Source: Aquificaceae bacterium (GTDB lineage: Bacteria > Aquificota > Aquificia > Aquificales > Aquificaceae). From it: a stretch of 35,593 bases of DNA. The translations under genes were made by a program, and so were the position numbers. Shown one piece after another: positions 8,488-18,271 of the stretch. Positions within the stretch are counted from its first letter, which is position 1. Each line of letters starts with the position of its first letter. Location: the NCBI GenBank assembly GCA_039630345.1, contig JBCNVD010000018.1:1-35593 (forward strand). Direction: 5' to 3'. The notes below the pieces were generated by a model. The model was not told the origin of the DNA and did no database searches. It worked only from the letters and a program-made list of their open reading frames with translations.

Positions 8488-9358
8488 CAAGCACCCATTT
8501 AAGCGTTGCCATTCTTATATATAGTCCGTTCCTGACCTGAGCCTTGATGAGGGATTTTTCAGAGTATACCAAAGACTCTTCCATATCCACCCCTGTGATT
8601 ACAGGTCCTGGGTGCATAAACTTGCCTTTTAGAGCTCTGTGGCGCTCTTTGGTAAGGCCAAATTGCAAAAAGTAAGAGCTATCTGAAATAGGGTGTTTGT
8701 GGCGCTCTTTCTGAAGTCTTAGCCAGATAGTTATGTCTGCCCAGTTTATGGCTTCGTCAATGTTTTTAAATACGATAATATCCCCAAAGGGGGATAAATC
8801 CTCAGGCAGGAGCTCAAAAGGACCGCAGATGCCTATGTTGGCGCCAAAGAGCGAAAAAAGCTTTGCGTCGGAGCGAAAGACCCTGCTATGCAAAATATCG
8901 CCCACAAACAGCACATTAAGACCTTCAAGTCTTTCAAACTCATCCATAATGCAAAGAAGGTCTGTAAGGGCTTGAGTTGGATGCTGGTGGGTTGCATCGC
9001 CCGCGTTTATGAGACCTATGTCAATATTCTCAAGCCATTTATATGGAAAAAGCACAAAGTTGAGTCTGAAAACAGCCATGCAAAAACCAAGTTCTTTCAG
9101 GGTTATTAGAGTATCTAAAAAAGACTCTCCCTTGGCAATAGAGCTCTCGGGCCTGGAAACAGAGTGAAAGCTAAATCCCAGCTCTTTACAGGCTCTTTCA
9201 AAAGAGAGTCTGGTTCTCGTTGATGGTTCTAAAAATATCAGGGCTACAGAGCCAGATAGACTTTCTCTTTTTCCTGCTCTGTATTCTTTTGCCCTCTGGA
9301 GGATAGAGTTTATCTCCTCCTTGCTAAGGTCGTCTATGGAAATAAGTCTTCTTGGCAT
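8480..9358 (-). CDS. pyrB: Aspartate carbamoyltransferase catalytic subunit
   Basis: FLEPSTRTRLSFE, HQHPTQAL, RLQKER and MHPGP. Confidence 0.95.
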   Translation of the reverse strand: MPRRLISIDDLSKEEINSILQRAKEYRAGKRESLSGSVALIFLEPSTRTRLSFERACKELGFSFHSVSRPESSIAKGESFLDTLITLKELGFCMAVFRLNFVLFPYKWLENIDIGLINAGDATHQHPTQALTDLLCIMDEFERLEGLNVLFVGDILHSRVFRSDAKLFSLFGANIGICGPFELLPEDLSPFGDIIVFKNIDEAINWADITIWLRLQKERHKHPISDSSYFLQFGLTKERHRALKGKFMHPGPVITGVDMEESLVYSEKSLIKAQVRNGLYIRMATLKWVLDG

Positions 9359-9382
9359 TTGAGTGTGATATTTTATAGCCTA

Positions 9383-9625
9383 ATGAGGGCTATTTTGGTT
9401 TATTTTTTTTCAGCCGGGATTTTGTTAGCTCAAACGAAAGAATGTGAAAACCCGCTAAAGAGAAACGAACTATGCAAGGCGATCTGGCCAGTTTGTAAAA
9501 CTCTGGCGATTAAGCGCTTAAATGCTATACAAGAGTGCATAAGACAGAGTAAATCTTACGAAGAGGGAACTTCCTGCTTTGAAAGGTCGATATTGAGAGA
9601 TATCTTCTCTTTAGCGCCTCCATAG
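9383..9625 (+). CDS. Small putative exported Cys-containing protein
   Basis: MRAILVYFFSAGILLA signal-like N-terminus and five Cys. TGaTATTTT -10 lies 8 nt before ATG 9383. Confidence 0.55.
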   Translation: MRAILVYFFSAGILLAQTKECENPLKRNELCKAIWPVCKTLAIKRLNAIQECIRQSKSYEEGTSCFERSILRDIFSLAPP

Positions 9626-10279
9626 CAAAACAGCTTCGCCTTTGATTTCCCCCATTGCCTCGAGTTTTTCCCTGACCTGACGGGCATTGCCCCTTATAAA
9701 CTCCTCGTGGATTTTTGTAAGCTCTCTTGCGACGCAAACCTCAAACTCGTCGCCATAAACTGCCTGAAGTGCCTGAACGCTCTTTAAAAGTCTTGAAGGT
9801 GCCTCAAAGGCTATGAAGGTCATATCTTTTATTGTTTCAAGCTCCTTAAAGTAGCGCTCCAGGGACTTTCTTGGCAAGAAACCAAGGAACATAAACCTGT
9901 CTGTAGGCAGTCCTGAGCCTACCAGAGCTGTCATAACCGCACTTGGACCTGGTACTACCTCAATGGGGACATTTCTCTCTATGCAGGAGCGAATGAGTTT
10001 ATATCCAGGGTCGCTGACAGAGGGAGTTCCTGCATCGCTAACAAGAGCCACGGCTTCGTGCTCCAAGAGCTTTAAAATCTTTGGCACCTGAACGCTCTCT
10101 TTGGGTTGATAGTAAGATAGAAGCTTTTTATCCTCAATTCCGAAATGGTTAAGGAGTATAGCGGTCCTTCTTGTGTCTTCGCAAGCTATGAATTCCACAC
10201 TTCTTAAGACCTCTACTGCCCTAAAGGTTATATCAGAGAGATTTCCTATAGGCGTTGAGACAACATAAAGCCTTGTCAT
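9611..10279 (-). CDS. rsmI: 16S rRNA (cytidine-1402-2'-O)-methyltransferase
   Basis: LYVVSTPIGNLSDIT.RA, CEDTRRT, LVSDAGTPSVSDPG and RELTKIHEE. Confidence 0.95.
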   Translation of the reverse strand: MTRLYVVSTPIGNLSDITFRAVEVLRSVEFIACEDTRRTAILLNHFGIEDKKLLSYYQPKESVQVPKILKLLEHEAVALVSDAGTPSVSDPGYKLIRSCIERNVPIEVVPGPSAVMTALVGSGLPTDRFMFLGFLPRKSLERYFKELETIKDMTFIAFEAPSRLLKSVQALQAVYGDEFEVCVARELTKIHEEFIRGNARQVREKLEAMGEIKGEAVLLWRR

Positions 10280-10299
10280 TTTTTCACCGGTTTAAGCAT

Positions 10300-12657
10300 T
10301 TAAATATCAAGGTTTTTGACCTCTCTGGCATAGCGTTCTATGAAGGCTCTTCTTTGCTCTACCTGCTCGCCCATTAGCATGCTTATGATTTTATCTGCCT
10401 CTATTGCATCTTCTATGCTAACCTGGATTAGGTTTCTACTCTTTGGGTCCATGGTGGTTTCCCATAGCTGTTCCGGGTTCATCTCACCAAGACCTTTATA
10501 GCGCTGAAGCTCAACTCCCTCACGCGCAAGCTCAAAAGCTACCTTATGAAGTTCTTCAAACCTCTCTATTGTTAGTTTTTTAGAGCCTTTTTCTATGGTC
10601 ATAGGTTCTAACTTTTTAAAGTTTCCAAGCTCTCTAAGCTGATGGGATGAGAGAAGCTCTGTGTTTATTTTAAAACTCTCCCCTGTTTTTGAATTTTTGA
10701 GCTCTATTGAAAACTCTTCTCTGTCTTCTTGTTTAATATCGAGTTTAAATTCCTTTAATTTTTCTAAAAGGAGATTCAAACATTCAAGAGCTTTATCATA
10801 AGACCTCAGGTCTTCTTCTTTTAAATTTAGCTCAAGCAAGGTATTTATTATTTCTTTAAAGCCCGACCTTTCAAAAGCTGTCATACTCTCATTTAACTCT
10901 TCGGATTTTCTAACTAACTCTATAAGAGTTTGACCTGAGTATGTTTTTGAGTTTGAGTCTATCAATTTCATGTTTTCCGAGATTATGCTGAAAAGTTCCT
11001 GCTCGAGCTCTCGCTCGTCTTTTAGGTATCTCTGGGTTTTGCCGCGCTTTATCCTGTATAGAGGGGGCTGGGCTATATATAAATGCCCGTTTTCAACAAG
11101 TTTGTACATATATCTGTAAAAGAAAGCAAGAAGCAAAGTTCTTATGTGAGAGCCATCAACATCTGCATCTGTCATTAATATGATTTTATGATAGCGGAGC
11201 TTTGATAAATCCAGGTCCTGGCCTATACCGCATCCAAGAGAGCTAATTATCGCCCTTATTTCCTCGTTTGAAAAGACTTTATCAAGCCTTGCCTTTTCAA
11301 CATTCAGGATCTTACCTCTTAGGGGCAATATTGCCTGAGTGTTTCTATCTCTTCCCTGTTTTGCAGAACCGCCTGCGGACTCGCCCTCTACTATAAAAAC
11401 CTCTCTTTTTGAAGCTTCCTTTTCAGAACAGTCCGCCAGCTTGCCAGGCAGTGAAGAGTCTTCAGACGAGCGTCTTTTTACAAGCTCTCTTGCCTTTTTT
11501 GCAGCCTCTCTGGCAAGCGCTGATTGTATGGCTTTGTCTACAATTAACCTGAGAATGTCTCGCTTTTTTTCAAGGAGTTCTGTGAGAGCTTCATAAGTTA
11601 TCGATTCAACGATTGTTTTTACATTCTGGTTGCCGAGTTTAGTTTTTGTCTGACCTTCAAATTGTGGGTTTGGAACTTTACAAGACAGAACAAGCACGAG
11701 ACCTTCTCTTAAGTCTTCTCCGGTAAATGTCTCTTTTAGCTCTTTTTGAAGTTTAACCCCGGGCAGGAGTTTGCCTATTGCCTTGCTAAGACCTGCTCTA
11801 AAGCCACTTAGGTGAGTTCCACCCTCTGAAGTTCTAATATTGTTTACAAAGCTTTCTGCGATTTCTCTGTCTTCTTTTGTATAGGTTAATGCTATATCCA
11901 CTATTACCTCTTCTTTTTCGCCTTTTATTCTTAAAACTTCGTCGAAGAGTCTTTCGCGTCCAACGCAGAGATATTCAACGAGCTCTTCTATGCCTTTTTC
12001 AAACCTGAGTTTAGTGCGCTTTAGGGTCTTTTCGTCTATTAGCTCAAATGTGCATTCAGGATTTAGATAGGCAAGTTCCCGGAGCTTTCTTTCGATAATT
12101 TCAAGCTTTAGCTTGGTTGTTTCAAAGATTTGTGCATCTGGTTTAAAACTCACCTTCGTCCCGCGCTTTGAGGTCTGTCCGATTTTTACTACATCCTGCA
12201 GTGGTATTCCCCTCTCATACTCCTGACGATAAGCCCAGCCGTCTCGCCACACTTCCACAACAAGCCATTCTGAAAGTGCATTAACGACAGAAGCTCCAAC
12301 GCCGTGAAGACCCCCGGAGTAGCGGTAGACTTTCTTGTCAAACTTACCACCTGCCCCGAGCATGGTAAAGACCATCTGAACGGTTGGGATGCCGGTTTCT
12401 GGATGCAAACCAACGGGAATCCCCCTTCCGTCGTCTTCTATGCTGATAGAGCCATCCGGATGCAGTGTCAGTTTTATGTTTTTTGCATACCCTGCCATGT
12501 GCTCGTCTACGGCATTATCGAGAATTTCCCAAACCAGATGATGAAGACCCCTTTCGCCCACATCGCCTATATACATGGCAGGGCGAGTGCGGACATGCTC
12601 AAGACCTGTTACTAGCTTTATGCTTCCTTCTTCGTATCGGTTTTCGCTCTCTATCAT
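10300..12657 (-). CDS. gyrB: Type IIA topoisomerase B subunit (GyrB) with TOPRIM insertion
   Basis: RPAMYIG, EILDNAVDE, GGLHGVGASVVNALS, VEGESAGGSAK, MTDADVDGSHI and RYKGLGEMNPEQLWETTM. Confidence 0.93.
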   Translation of the reverse strand: MIESENRYEEGSIKLVTGLEHVRTRPAMYIGDVGERGLHHLVWEILDNAVDEHMAGYAKNIKLTLHPDGSISIEDDGRGIPVGLHPETGIPTVQMVFTMLGAGGKFDKKVYRYSGGLHGVGASVVNALSEWLVVEVWRDGWAYRQEYERGIPLQDVVKIGQTSKRGTKVSFKPDAQIFETTKLKLEIIERKLRELAYLNPECTFELIDEKTLKRTKLRFEKGIEELVEYLCVGRERLFDEVLRIKGEKEEVIVDIALTYTKEDREIAESFVNNIRTSEGGTHLSGFRAGLSKAIGKLLPGVKLQKELKETFTGEDLREGLVLVLSCKVPNPQFEGQTKTKLGNQNVKTIVESITYEALTELLEKKRDILRLIVDKAIQSALAREAAKKARELVKRRSSEDSSLPGKLADCSEKEASKREVFIVEGESAGGSAKQGRDRNTQAILPLRGKILNVEKARLDKVFSNEEIRAIISSLGCGIGQDLDLSKLRYHKIILMTDADVDGSHIRTLLLAFFYRYMYKLVENGHLYIAQPPLYRIKRGKTQRYLKDERELEQELFSIISENMKLIDSNSKTYSGQTLIELVRKSEELNESMTAFERSGFKEIINTLLELNLKEEDLRSYDKALECLNLLLEKLKEFKLDIKQEDREEFSIELKNSKTGESFKINTELLSSHQLRELGNFKKLEPMTIEKGSKKLTIERFEELHKVAFELAREGVELQRYKGLGEMNPEQLWETTMDPKSRNLIQVSIEDAIEADKIISMLMGEQVEQRRAFIERYAREVKNLDI

Positions 12658-12671
12658 AGCATTTTTAAATC

Positions 12672-12747
12672 CACCCCCAGCGGGATTCGAACCCGCGATC
12701 TCCGCCTTGAAAGGGCGGTGTCCTGGACCTGGCTAGACGATGGGGGC
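12672..12747 (-). tRNA. tRNA-Glu(TTC), CCA not encoded
   Basis: Reverse complement reads GCCCCCATCGTCTAG...CCGCC-CTTTCAA-GGCGG...GGTTCGAATCC...TGGGGGTG. Confidence 0.95.
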
Positions 12748-12761
12748 TAATATTCTAGTCA

Positions 12762-12789
12762 ATTTTATCAAAAACTCTTTTATTGTCAA
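12762..12789 (-). promoter_or_regulatory. sigma70-type promoter for tRNA-Glu (and probably gyrB-rsmI)
   Basis: Minus strand TTGACA (12789-12784)-16 nt-TAAAAT (12767-12762) with a TG extension. Confidence 0.65.
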
Positions 12790-12813
12790 GGCTTTAAGGT
12801 ATAATCCCTAAAG

Positions 12814-13506
12814 GTGCGAAAAATTGCCGTTTTGACAGGTGCTGGCATCTCTCAAGAGAGCGGAATTCCCACCTTTAGAGGTAATGACGGTCTTTGGGAA
12901 AAGTATGACCTATATGACCTTGCAACGCCGGAAGGTTTTAGTAAAAACCCGCGCCTTGTTTGGGAGTGGTATATACACAGGAGAAATCTCATAAAATCAG
13001 CAAAACCAAATGAGGCGCATAAAACTCTAGTGAAGCTAGAGAATAAATTAGGAGATGGTTTTATCTTAATTACCCAGAATGTCGATAATCTCCATAGGAT
13101 TGCAGGCTCTAAAAACCTTATAGAACTCCACGGCAATATCTTTAAAGTAAAGTGTACAAATTGCAAAGCGGAATACTTTGAATTTGGTGATTTAAAGCCC
13201 ATGCCGGAGTGTAAAGAGTGCGGGGGTTTATTAAGACCAGGTGTTGTCTGGTTTGGCGAGAGTTTGCCTATTGACGCTTTAAATAGGGCAATAAGCTATA
13301 GCGAAAGCTGTGACATTTTTGTATGCATAGGAACATCTGCAGTAGTTTATCCTGCAGCGGAGCTTCCAGTTTTGGCAAAGCAAAGAGGCGCAACTGTTAT
13401 AGAGATAAATCCGGAGCGGACACCTGTATCGGATATTGCCGACATTAAAATACAAGACAAAGCTAGCTCTGGAGTGAAAAAACTACTTGAGATTTTGGGA
13501 ATTTGA
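12814..13506 (+). CDS. cobB: NAD-dependent protein deacylase (sirtuin)
   Basis: TGAGISQESGIPTFRG, TQNVDNLH, ELHGN, two CxxC, RPGVVWFGE and GTSAVVYPAA. TATAAT lies 8 nt before GTG. Confidence 0.93.
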   Translation: MRKIAVLTGAGISQESGIPTFRGNDGLWEKYDLYDLATPEGFSKNPRLVWEWYIHRRNLIKSAKPNEAHKTLVKLENKLGDGFILITQNVDNLHRIAGSKNLIELHGNIFKVKCTNCKAEYFEFGDLKPMPECKECGGLLRPGVVWFGESLPIDALNRAISYSESCDIFVCIGTSAVVYPAAELPVLAKQRGATVIEINPERTPVSDIADIKIQDKASSGVKKLLEILGI

Positions 13507-14468
13507 GAGGGGTTTTGATTCTTACAGAAGCTTCAAGGACGATAGGTCAGGGGCACTTAAGCAGATGCCTGGCTTTAAAACAGGCACTTTTGGAGCTTGG
13601 GGTTTTTAGCAAGCTCTTTGTAAGAGGGGATAATACTGTAAAGGCTTTCGCAAAAGGCGCAGCTATTTCAGAGTGGCTGTGGTGGGACAAAGCCTATCTA
13701 AAAGCCCTATCAAGGAGATATTCTGGCATAGTGATAGATTCTTATCATGCCCCTGAGAGGTTTTACTGGACTTGTGCTGAATTTTTTAAACCTGTTGTTG
13801 CCATTGATGATTATAAAAGACTAAGCGGGGATGGGGTATGGATTTTAAATCCCGGTCCATATGCCTTTGATATGGGATACTTGGGCAAAGGCCATATGCT
13901 AGGTCCATCCTTTGCTCTTTTGCGAAAGCCCTTCTGGGGAGGTTTTTTAAAAAAAATCCGCGCGCGAAGCGCGCGCTTTCTTATAACTTTTGGCGGAGAG
14001 GATATAAGGGGATTGACCCCTAGATTTGTCAGGGCTTTGAGAGAGGCTTTTGATTTAGAGCTTTATGTGGTGCTTGGGCATGCAAGCAGGGCTCAGGTTC
14101 CAGAGTCAGAAAGTGTCAAAGTCTATAGAGCTGTTAATGCCAGAACCATGAGGCGTTTGATGGAGGCATCAGACATAGCTATAAGCGCAGGAGGTCAGAC
14201 GACTTTTGAGCTTGCAAGGGTTGGGCTTGCTGCGGTTTTAATTAGCGTTGCTGACAACCAGCTACTTAATTGCAAAAGCTGGCATGAGCTTGGTGTTTTT
14301 CATTGGGCTGGAAACTGGGATCAGAGCGATATTGAGGAGAGGGTTATTGGCGCCGTTTTGGAGCTTTTTGCATACGAAAAGAGGCTCAGGGCTTACGAAT
14401 CCGGGACTAAGTATGTTGATGGGCTTGGGGCTATGAGAGTAGCCAGAAAGATTATTCAGATATCTTAG
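13503..14468 (+). CDS. PseG/SpsG-like UDP-sugar hydrolase (GT-B fold)
   Basis: IGQGHLSRCLAL, VIDSY, AIDD, ITFGGED, ISAGGQT.FELA, VADNQ and VDGLGA.RVA. Confidence 0.8.
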   Translation: MRGVLILTEASRTIGQGHLSRCLALKQALLELGVFSKLFVRGDNTVKAFAKGAAISEWLWWDKAYLKALSRRYSGIVIDSYHAPERFYWTCAEFFKPVVAIDDYKRLSGDGVWILNPGPYAFDMGYLGKGHMLGPSFALLRKPFWGGFLKKIRARSARFLITFGGEDIRGLTPRFVRALREAFDLELYVVLGHASRAQVPESESVKVYRAVNARTMRRLMEASDIAISAGGQTTFELARVGLAAVLISVADNQLLNCKSWHELGVFHWAGNWDQSDIEERVIGAVLELFAYEKRLRAYESGTKYVDGLGAMRVARKIIQIS

Positions 14469-15223
14469 GCCTGTCTTACTTTTATGTATCTTCCTGTCAG
14501 GTAGGATTTTATTCTTACAATATCGTAATCTCTTAAAAATAGCATCTTGCCTATAGCGCAGGCTTCGCAGTTGACCGTTTCAAAGAGCTGCACTATATGT
14601 TCGTAGTTTCCGGCTCCGCCTGAAGCTATCATAGGCACATCAAGTCTTTCCTTGACAGTCTTGTAAAGTTCTATGTCAAAACCTGATAGAGTGCCTTCTC
14701 TGTCTATGCTAGTTAGCATTATCTCTCCTGCACCCATTTTTAAACAGGTTTCTATGTGTTTAAAAAGGTCAACTTCTGAAGGGATTTTACCGCTAAGGAT
14801 GTAGATTTGGTATTTATCTTCTTTTTGTTTTTTAACGTCTATTGAGATGATAATTGCCTGAGAGCCAAATTCTTCTGCGAGCTCTCTTACTAAAAGAGGG
14901 TTGATAACTGCTTGTGTGTTGATTACTATTCTGTCAGCTCCGCTGAGGAAGAGTTCTCTGGCATCTTTGACACTTTTTATTCCGCCACCGGCCGATACAG
15001 GTAGCCTGCAAGCACTTGCTATTTTTTTAAGAATTTCTTTATCTATTAATCTCTCTTCTCTGTTTGCATTTATATCAAGAATAATAATTTCATCTGCTCC
15101 CTGAGCGTCATATATCTTTGCCTGAGATAGAGGGTCTCCTGTGTCTATGTAGTTTGAGAAGTTAGTCCCCTTAACGAGCCTTTTTCCAGAAAGTAAAAAC
15201 AGCGGGATGATTCTCTTTAGCAC
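14465..15223 (-). CDS. HisF-like cyclase paralog (WbuZ-type, sugar amidotransferase partner)
   Basis: LKRIIP...LVKG..F, GADEIIILDI, SIDREGTLSGFD and IASGGAG; in an operon with HisH-like and PP-loop genes. Confidence 0.85.
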   Translation of the reverse strand: MLKRIIPLFLLSGKRLVKGTNFSNYIDTGDPLSQAKIYDAQGADEIIILDINANREERLIDKEILKKIASACRLPVSAGGGIKSVKDARELFLSGADRIVINTQAVINPLLVRELAEEFGSQAIIISIDVKKQKEDKYQIYILSGKIPSEVDLFKHIETCLKMGAGEIMLTSIDREGTLSGFDIELYKTVKERLDVPMIASGGAGNYEHIVQLFETVNCEACAIGKMLFLRDYDIVRIKSYLTGRYIKVRQA

Positions 15224-15837
15224 CTGAGAGTCTCCAGGGTGTTAAACAAAACCCTTATGCCATCTGCCTGACTCTTTTCTGGATGAAATTGAAAGCCTAT
15301 GATGTTGTCTTTTTTAATAGCAGCCACAGGTTCTTCTTTGCCAAATTTAAAGCGAGCTATAACGCAAGAGTCTTCTTCTGGGATAAAGTGATAGCTGTGC
15401 ATAAAGTAAAAACTTTTGTCTCTTATTCTCTTAAATATTTGACTGTCTAAGGGTGTTATTTCGCTCCAGCCTATGTGTGGAACTTTTGCCTCCTGGCTGT
15501 TTAGCTTTTCTACTCTTGCGCTTATCCAGTTAAAACCTTCATGAGCGCCATTTTCATAACCTGTCGTTGCAAACAGTTGCATGCCAAGACATATACCTAT
15601 CAAAGGCTTTCCGATTTTAACGTGTTCATCTATTGCTTCAAAGAGCTGTTTTTGCTTAATTTTTTCAATTGAACTTGCGAAGCTGCCAACACCTGACAAA
15701 ACTATGATGTCTGATCTTCTTACTTCTTCTGGGTTTTTACACAAAGATACTTCACAGCCAAGAAATTTAAAAGCTTCTTCAACTGAAAACAGGTTACCAA
15801 CGCCGTAATCAATTAGTGATATTTTCAGCTTTAGCAT
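15217..15837 (-). CDS. HisH-like class I glutamine amidotransferase (WbuY-type)
   Basis: IDYGVGNL.SV, GICLGMQL, VPHIGW and QFHPEKS. ATG 15837 preferred as the start. Confidence 0.87.
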   Translation of the reverse strand: MLKLKISLIDYGVGNLFSVEEAFKFLGCEVSLCKNPEEVRRSDIIVLSGVGSFASSIEKIKQKQLFEAIDEHVKIGKPLIGICLGMQLFATTGYENGAHEGFNWISARVEKLNSQEAKVPHIGWSEITPLDSQIFKRIRDKSFYFMHSYHFIPEEDSCVIARFKFGKEEPVAAIKKDNIIGFQFHPEKSQADGIRVLFNTLETLRC

Positions 15838-16999
15838 CTCTAAACCACAGGTCCTGGTCCCATAGTTTTTTGCTAACTGGCAGCGTCTTTGGGTCAACCC
15901 CTTTAAAAGGATAGATGATATGATTTAGAACTATTTTGTTAAATTCCTCTTCGGATATACCTAGATATTCAAGAAATATTTCTAAAGAGGCTGGTTTAAA
16001 GGCTTCGTACTGCTCTATCAGTTTAAGACCCTCCTCCAGGGTAATTTTTCCCTCTCTTATATCTATTGCGACTCTGTGGGTCATTCGGGAAAAGCCACGC
16101 TTTAAAAACTTTATATAGTCTCTGATGCCTATAAACATACACTCAATTTTGTCAAAAGTGAGTCCAGGCAGACTCTCTATTTCATCTTCTTCCCAGCCTA
16201 GCTCTTTCTTTATGATTTCAACATTTCTCGACTGGCTCCACTCTATAAACTTTCCAAGCGGCAGACTAAGAATACCTGCCTTTTTTAGCTCTTCTTCAGG
16301 CGGGAACAAATAAGGCTGCAAATCTCTTATATCTGCGTTTATAAATCCTGCCATATCCTCTGCTCTCATACCAAGAATGATGCGCCTGTTGAACTTCCAC
16401 TCGTCAGTTTCTTCTATGTCTTCAAAACGGAAGTATCCTTCATATTCTCCCCCTCCTTCGCCCCATAAAATAAGAGGAACTTGAAACTTTAGAGCTATTT
16501 GCATCGGGTATGCAAATACCCCAGCATGACAGTGCCAGCAAAAGTCGCCTTTTCTGATTAGAGCTTCAAGCATAAGCTTTCTGACTATGTGCCAGTTTGG
16601 TGTAAAGGTTATTACATCTACCCCGAGGCGTCTAAAGGTTCTTGTGCGATTTTGCAAGGTTTTTGGTCTGTAAAAGCCGTGGTCAAATGATACCACCAAA
16701 ACCCTGAGACCTAATTCTTTAACTGCATAATACAGCGTAAAGGTCGAGTCTTTTCCGCCACTGAATGGAACTATGCAATCGTAACTCGCATTTTTCGCCT
16801 TTACATCTTCTACTATTCTCAGGAGTTCTTTTTTTCTCTCTTCCCAGTTTATTTTTTCCTGTTTTGCTTCCCAATTTCTGCATATATTGCATATACCCTC
16901 TTCGTCCAGGTAGACAGTTTCCCATGTAACTGGAAGACCACAACGCCTGCATCTTTCAAGACCCCTAAAATCCAGTATCCCTCTTATCCTGCTTTGCAT
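15809..16999 (-). CDS. N-acetyl sugar amidotransferase (PseA/WbuX family PP-loop ATPase)
   Basis: CRRC...CNIC N-terminal metal motif, YDCIVPFSGGKDS, GDFCWHCH, WGE, KFLKRGFSR and DIREG. Confidence 0.87.
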   Translation of the reverse strand: MQSRIRGILDFRGLERCRRCGLPVTWETVYLDEEGICNICRNWEAKQEKINWEERKKELLRIVEDVKAKNASYDCIVPFSGGKDSTFTLYYAVKELGLRVLVVSFDHGFYRPKTLQNRTRTFRRLGVDVITFTPNWHIVRKLMLEALIRKGDFCWHCHAGVFAYPMQIALKFQVPLILWGEGGGEYEGYFRFEDIEETDEWKFNRRIILGMRAEDMAGFINADIRDLQPYLFPPEEELKKAGILSLPLGKFIEWSQSRNVEIIKKELGWEEDEIESLPGLTFDKIECMFIGIRDYIKFLKRGFSRMTHRVAIDIREGKITLEEGLKLIEQYEAFKPASLEIFLEYLGISEEEFNKIVLNHIIYPFKGVDPKTLPVSKKLWDQDLWFRDAKAENITN

Positions 17000-17053
17000 A
17001 AGTTAATCTTGATTTACTTGGCTCTTGGTTGTCAAGAGTTTAACCTATTTTTC

Positions 17054-18259
17054 ATGTTAAGGTCTGCTATCAACCTCCCTTTTTTGATACTGGCTTATAA
17101 CTACTTTCTCTATCACATCTCAAGTGCCCTGCCGGTTGTGCTGTTTCCTATACAGCTAAAAGAGCTGCTTATTCTGAGCTCTTTTACATCTGCGCTCTAT
17201 CTTGCCTGGCTTTTTGGTGAGAGGGCAAGGACCGTTCTCTGGCTTGGATACGTTTTTCTCTTTCAGATCATAGCAATGGGGTTTACTGCAGGTAGTTTTG
17301 AGGTTGTTCTGGAGTTTACGCCTTCTTTTTTAATTACTCTCCTTTTGATATGGGTATTTGAATCCCCGACTGAAAAGAGGATAAATAAACTAAAATACGA
17401 AAAAGAGCGACTTGAACATGAGCTTGATTCAAATACTCAGCAGATAAATCAGTTAACTTCACAGATAGAAATCTTAAAAGAGCTAATTAAGAGTCTTGAA
17501 AGAGAAAAACAAAAAATAGAGCAGGATATGCTAAATTCCAAAGAGTTTGAGTTAACAAAACTCAGCCAGTTAGAAGTAGAAAAGCTTGAACTGGAGAAAA
17601 AATTAGAGCACAGCCAGAGACTTTTAGAAGATTATAGCTCAAGACTTGAGAGACTTACGAATGTAAACAGGGAGCTATTTGAGATGCTTGAGAGCTTTTC
17701 TGAGCCAAGACAAGACCCAAAGTCAGAGCTCTCCAGGTTGCGTCAGGAGCGAAAGAGACTTATTAAAGAGACTTCGAAACTATCCCAGGAGCTAGAGGAG
17801 TGTTTAGATAAACACAAATCAATTGAAAGAGAATATCTTGATATTCAGCTACAACTATCTCAGGAGCGAATAAGCAAACAAAAACTTCAACTTGAGGTTG
17901 AGAGTCTCCGTTCCCGTATAGAGTCAAAAATTGAAGTCTATTCAAGGTTTTTTGACGCTATTCTTGATAATATTGAGTTTGAACCAGGTGCAATAGAGGA
18001 GTTTTCTGCTCTCTCGCCCGAGATGAAGAGAGTTTTTTTCAAAAAACTGACTTTGCTTAACGATGCAAACCCGCAGGAGAGGTTTGAAACTTTAAGAGAG
18101 CACAGAGGAATTTTCAAACTAAAGCCAAAAGGCGGTAGAATATACTTTACCCACGGTAAGGCAAGGCGCTGGAAGGTGATAGGTATACTCTGGGGAGAAG
18201 ATCCAAAGAGTAAAAGTAGATATCTAAGAGATATGCTTTCTCGCTATGACTTTGGCTAA
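17054..18259 (+). CDS. Membrane protein: ~4 TM helices + long coiled coil + C-terminal RelE/ParE-like domain
   Basis: Hydrophobic first ~100 aa, ~190 aa E/K/L/Q heptad-rich region, then IEFEPGAIEEFSAL...FFKKL..L...FETL....GIFKLKPKGGRIYF.......VIGI. ATG 17054 preferred because the track start overlaps the neighbouring gene. Confidence 0.65.
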   Translation: MLRSAINLPFLILAYNYFLYHISSALPVVLFPIQLKELLILSSFTSALYLAWLFGERARTVLWLGYVFLFQIIAMGFTAGSFEVVLEFTPSFLITLLLIWVFESPTEKRINKLKYEKERLEHELDSNTQQINQLTSQIEILKELIKSLEREKQKIEQDMLNSKEFELTKLSQLEVEKLELEKKLEHSQRLLEDYSSRLERLTNVNRELFEMLESFSEPRQDPKSELSRLRQERKRLIKETSKLSQELEECLDKHKSIEREYLDIQLQLSQERISKQKLQLEVESLRSRIESKIEVYSRFFDAILDNIEFEPGAIEEFSALSPEMKRVFFKKLTLLNDANPQERFETLREHRGIFKLKPKGGRIYFTHGKARRWKVIGILWGEDPKSKSRYLRDMLSRYDFG

Positions 18260-18271
18260 AATTCAGATTAA

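Noticed and set aside
14465..15837. Histidine biosynthesis hisF/hisH
   Set aside because: Operonic with an N-acetyl sugar amidotransferase and no other his genes, so treated as glycan-pathway paralogs.
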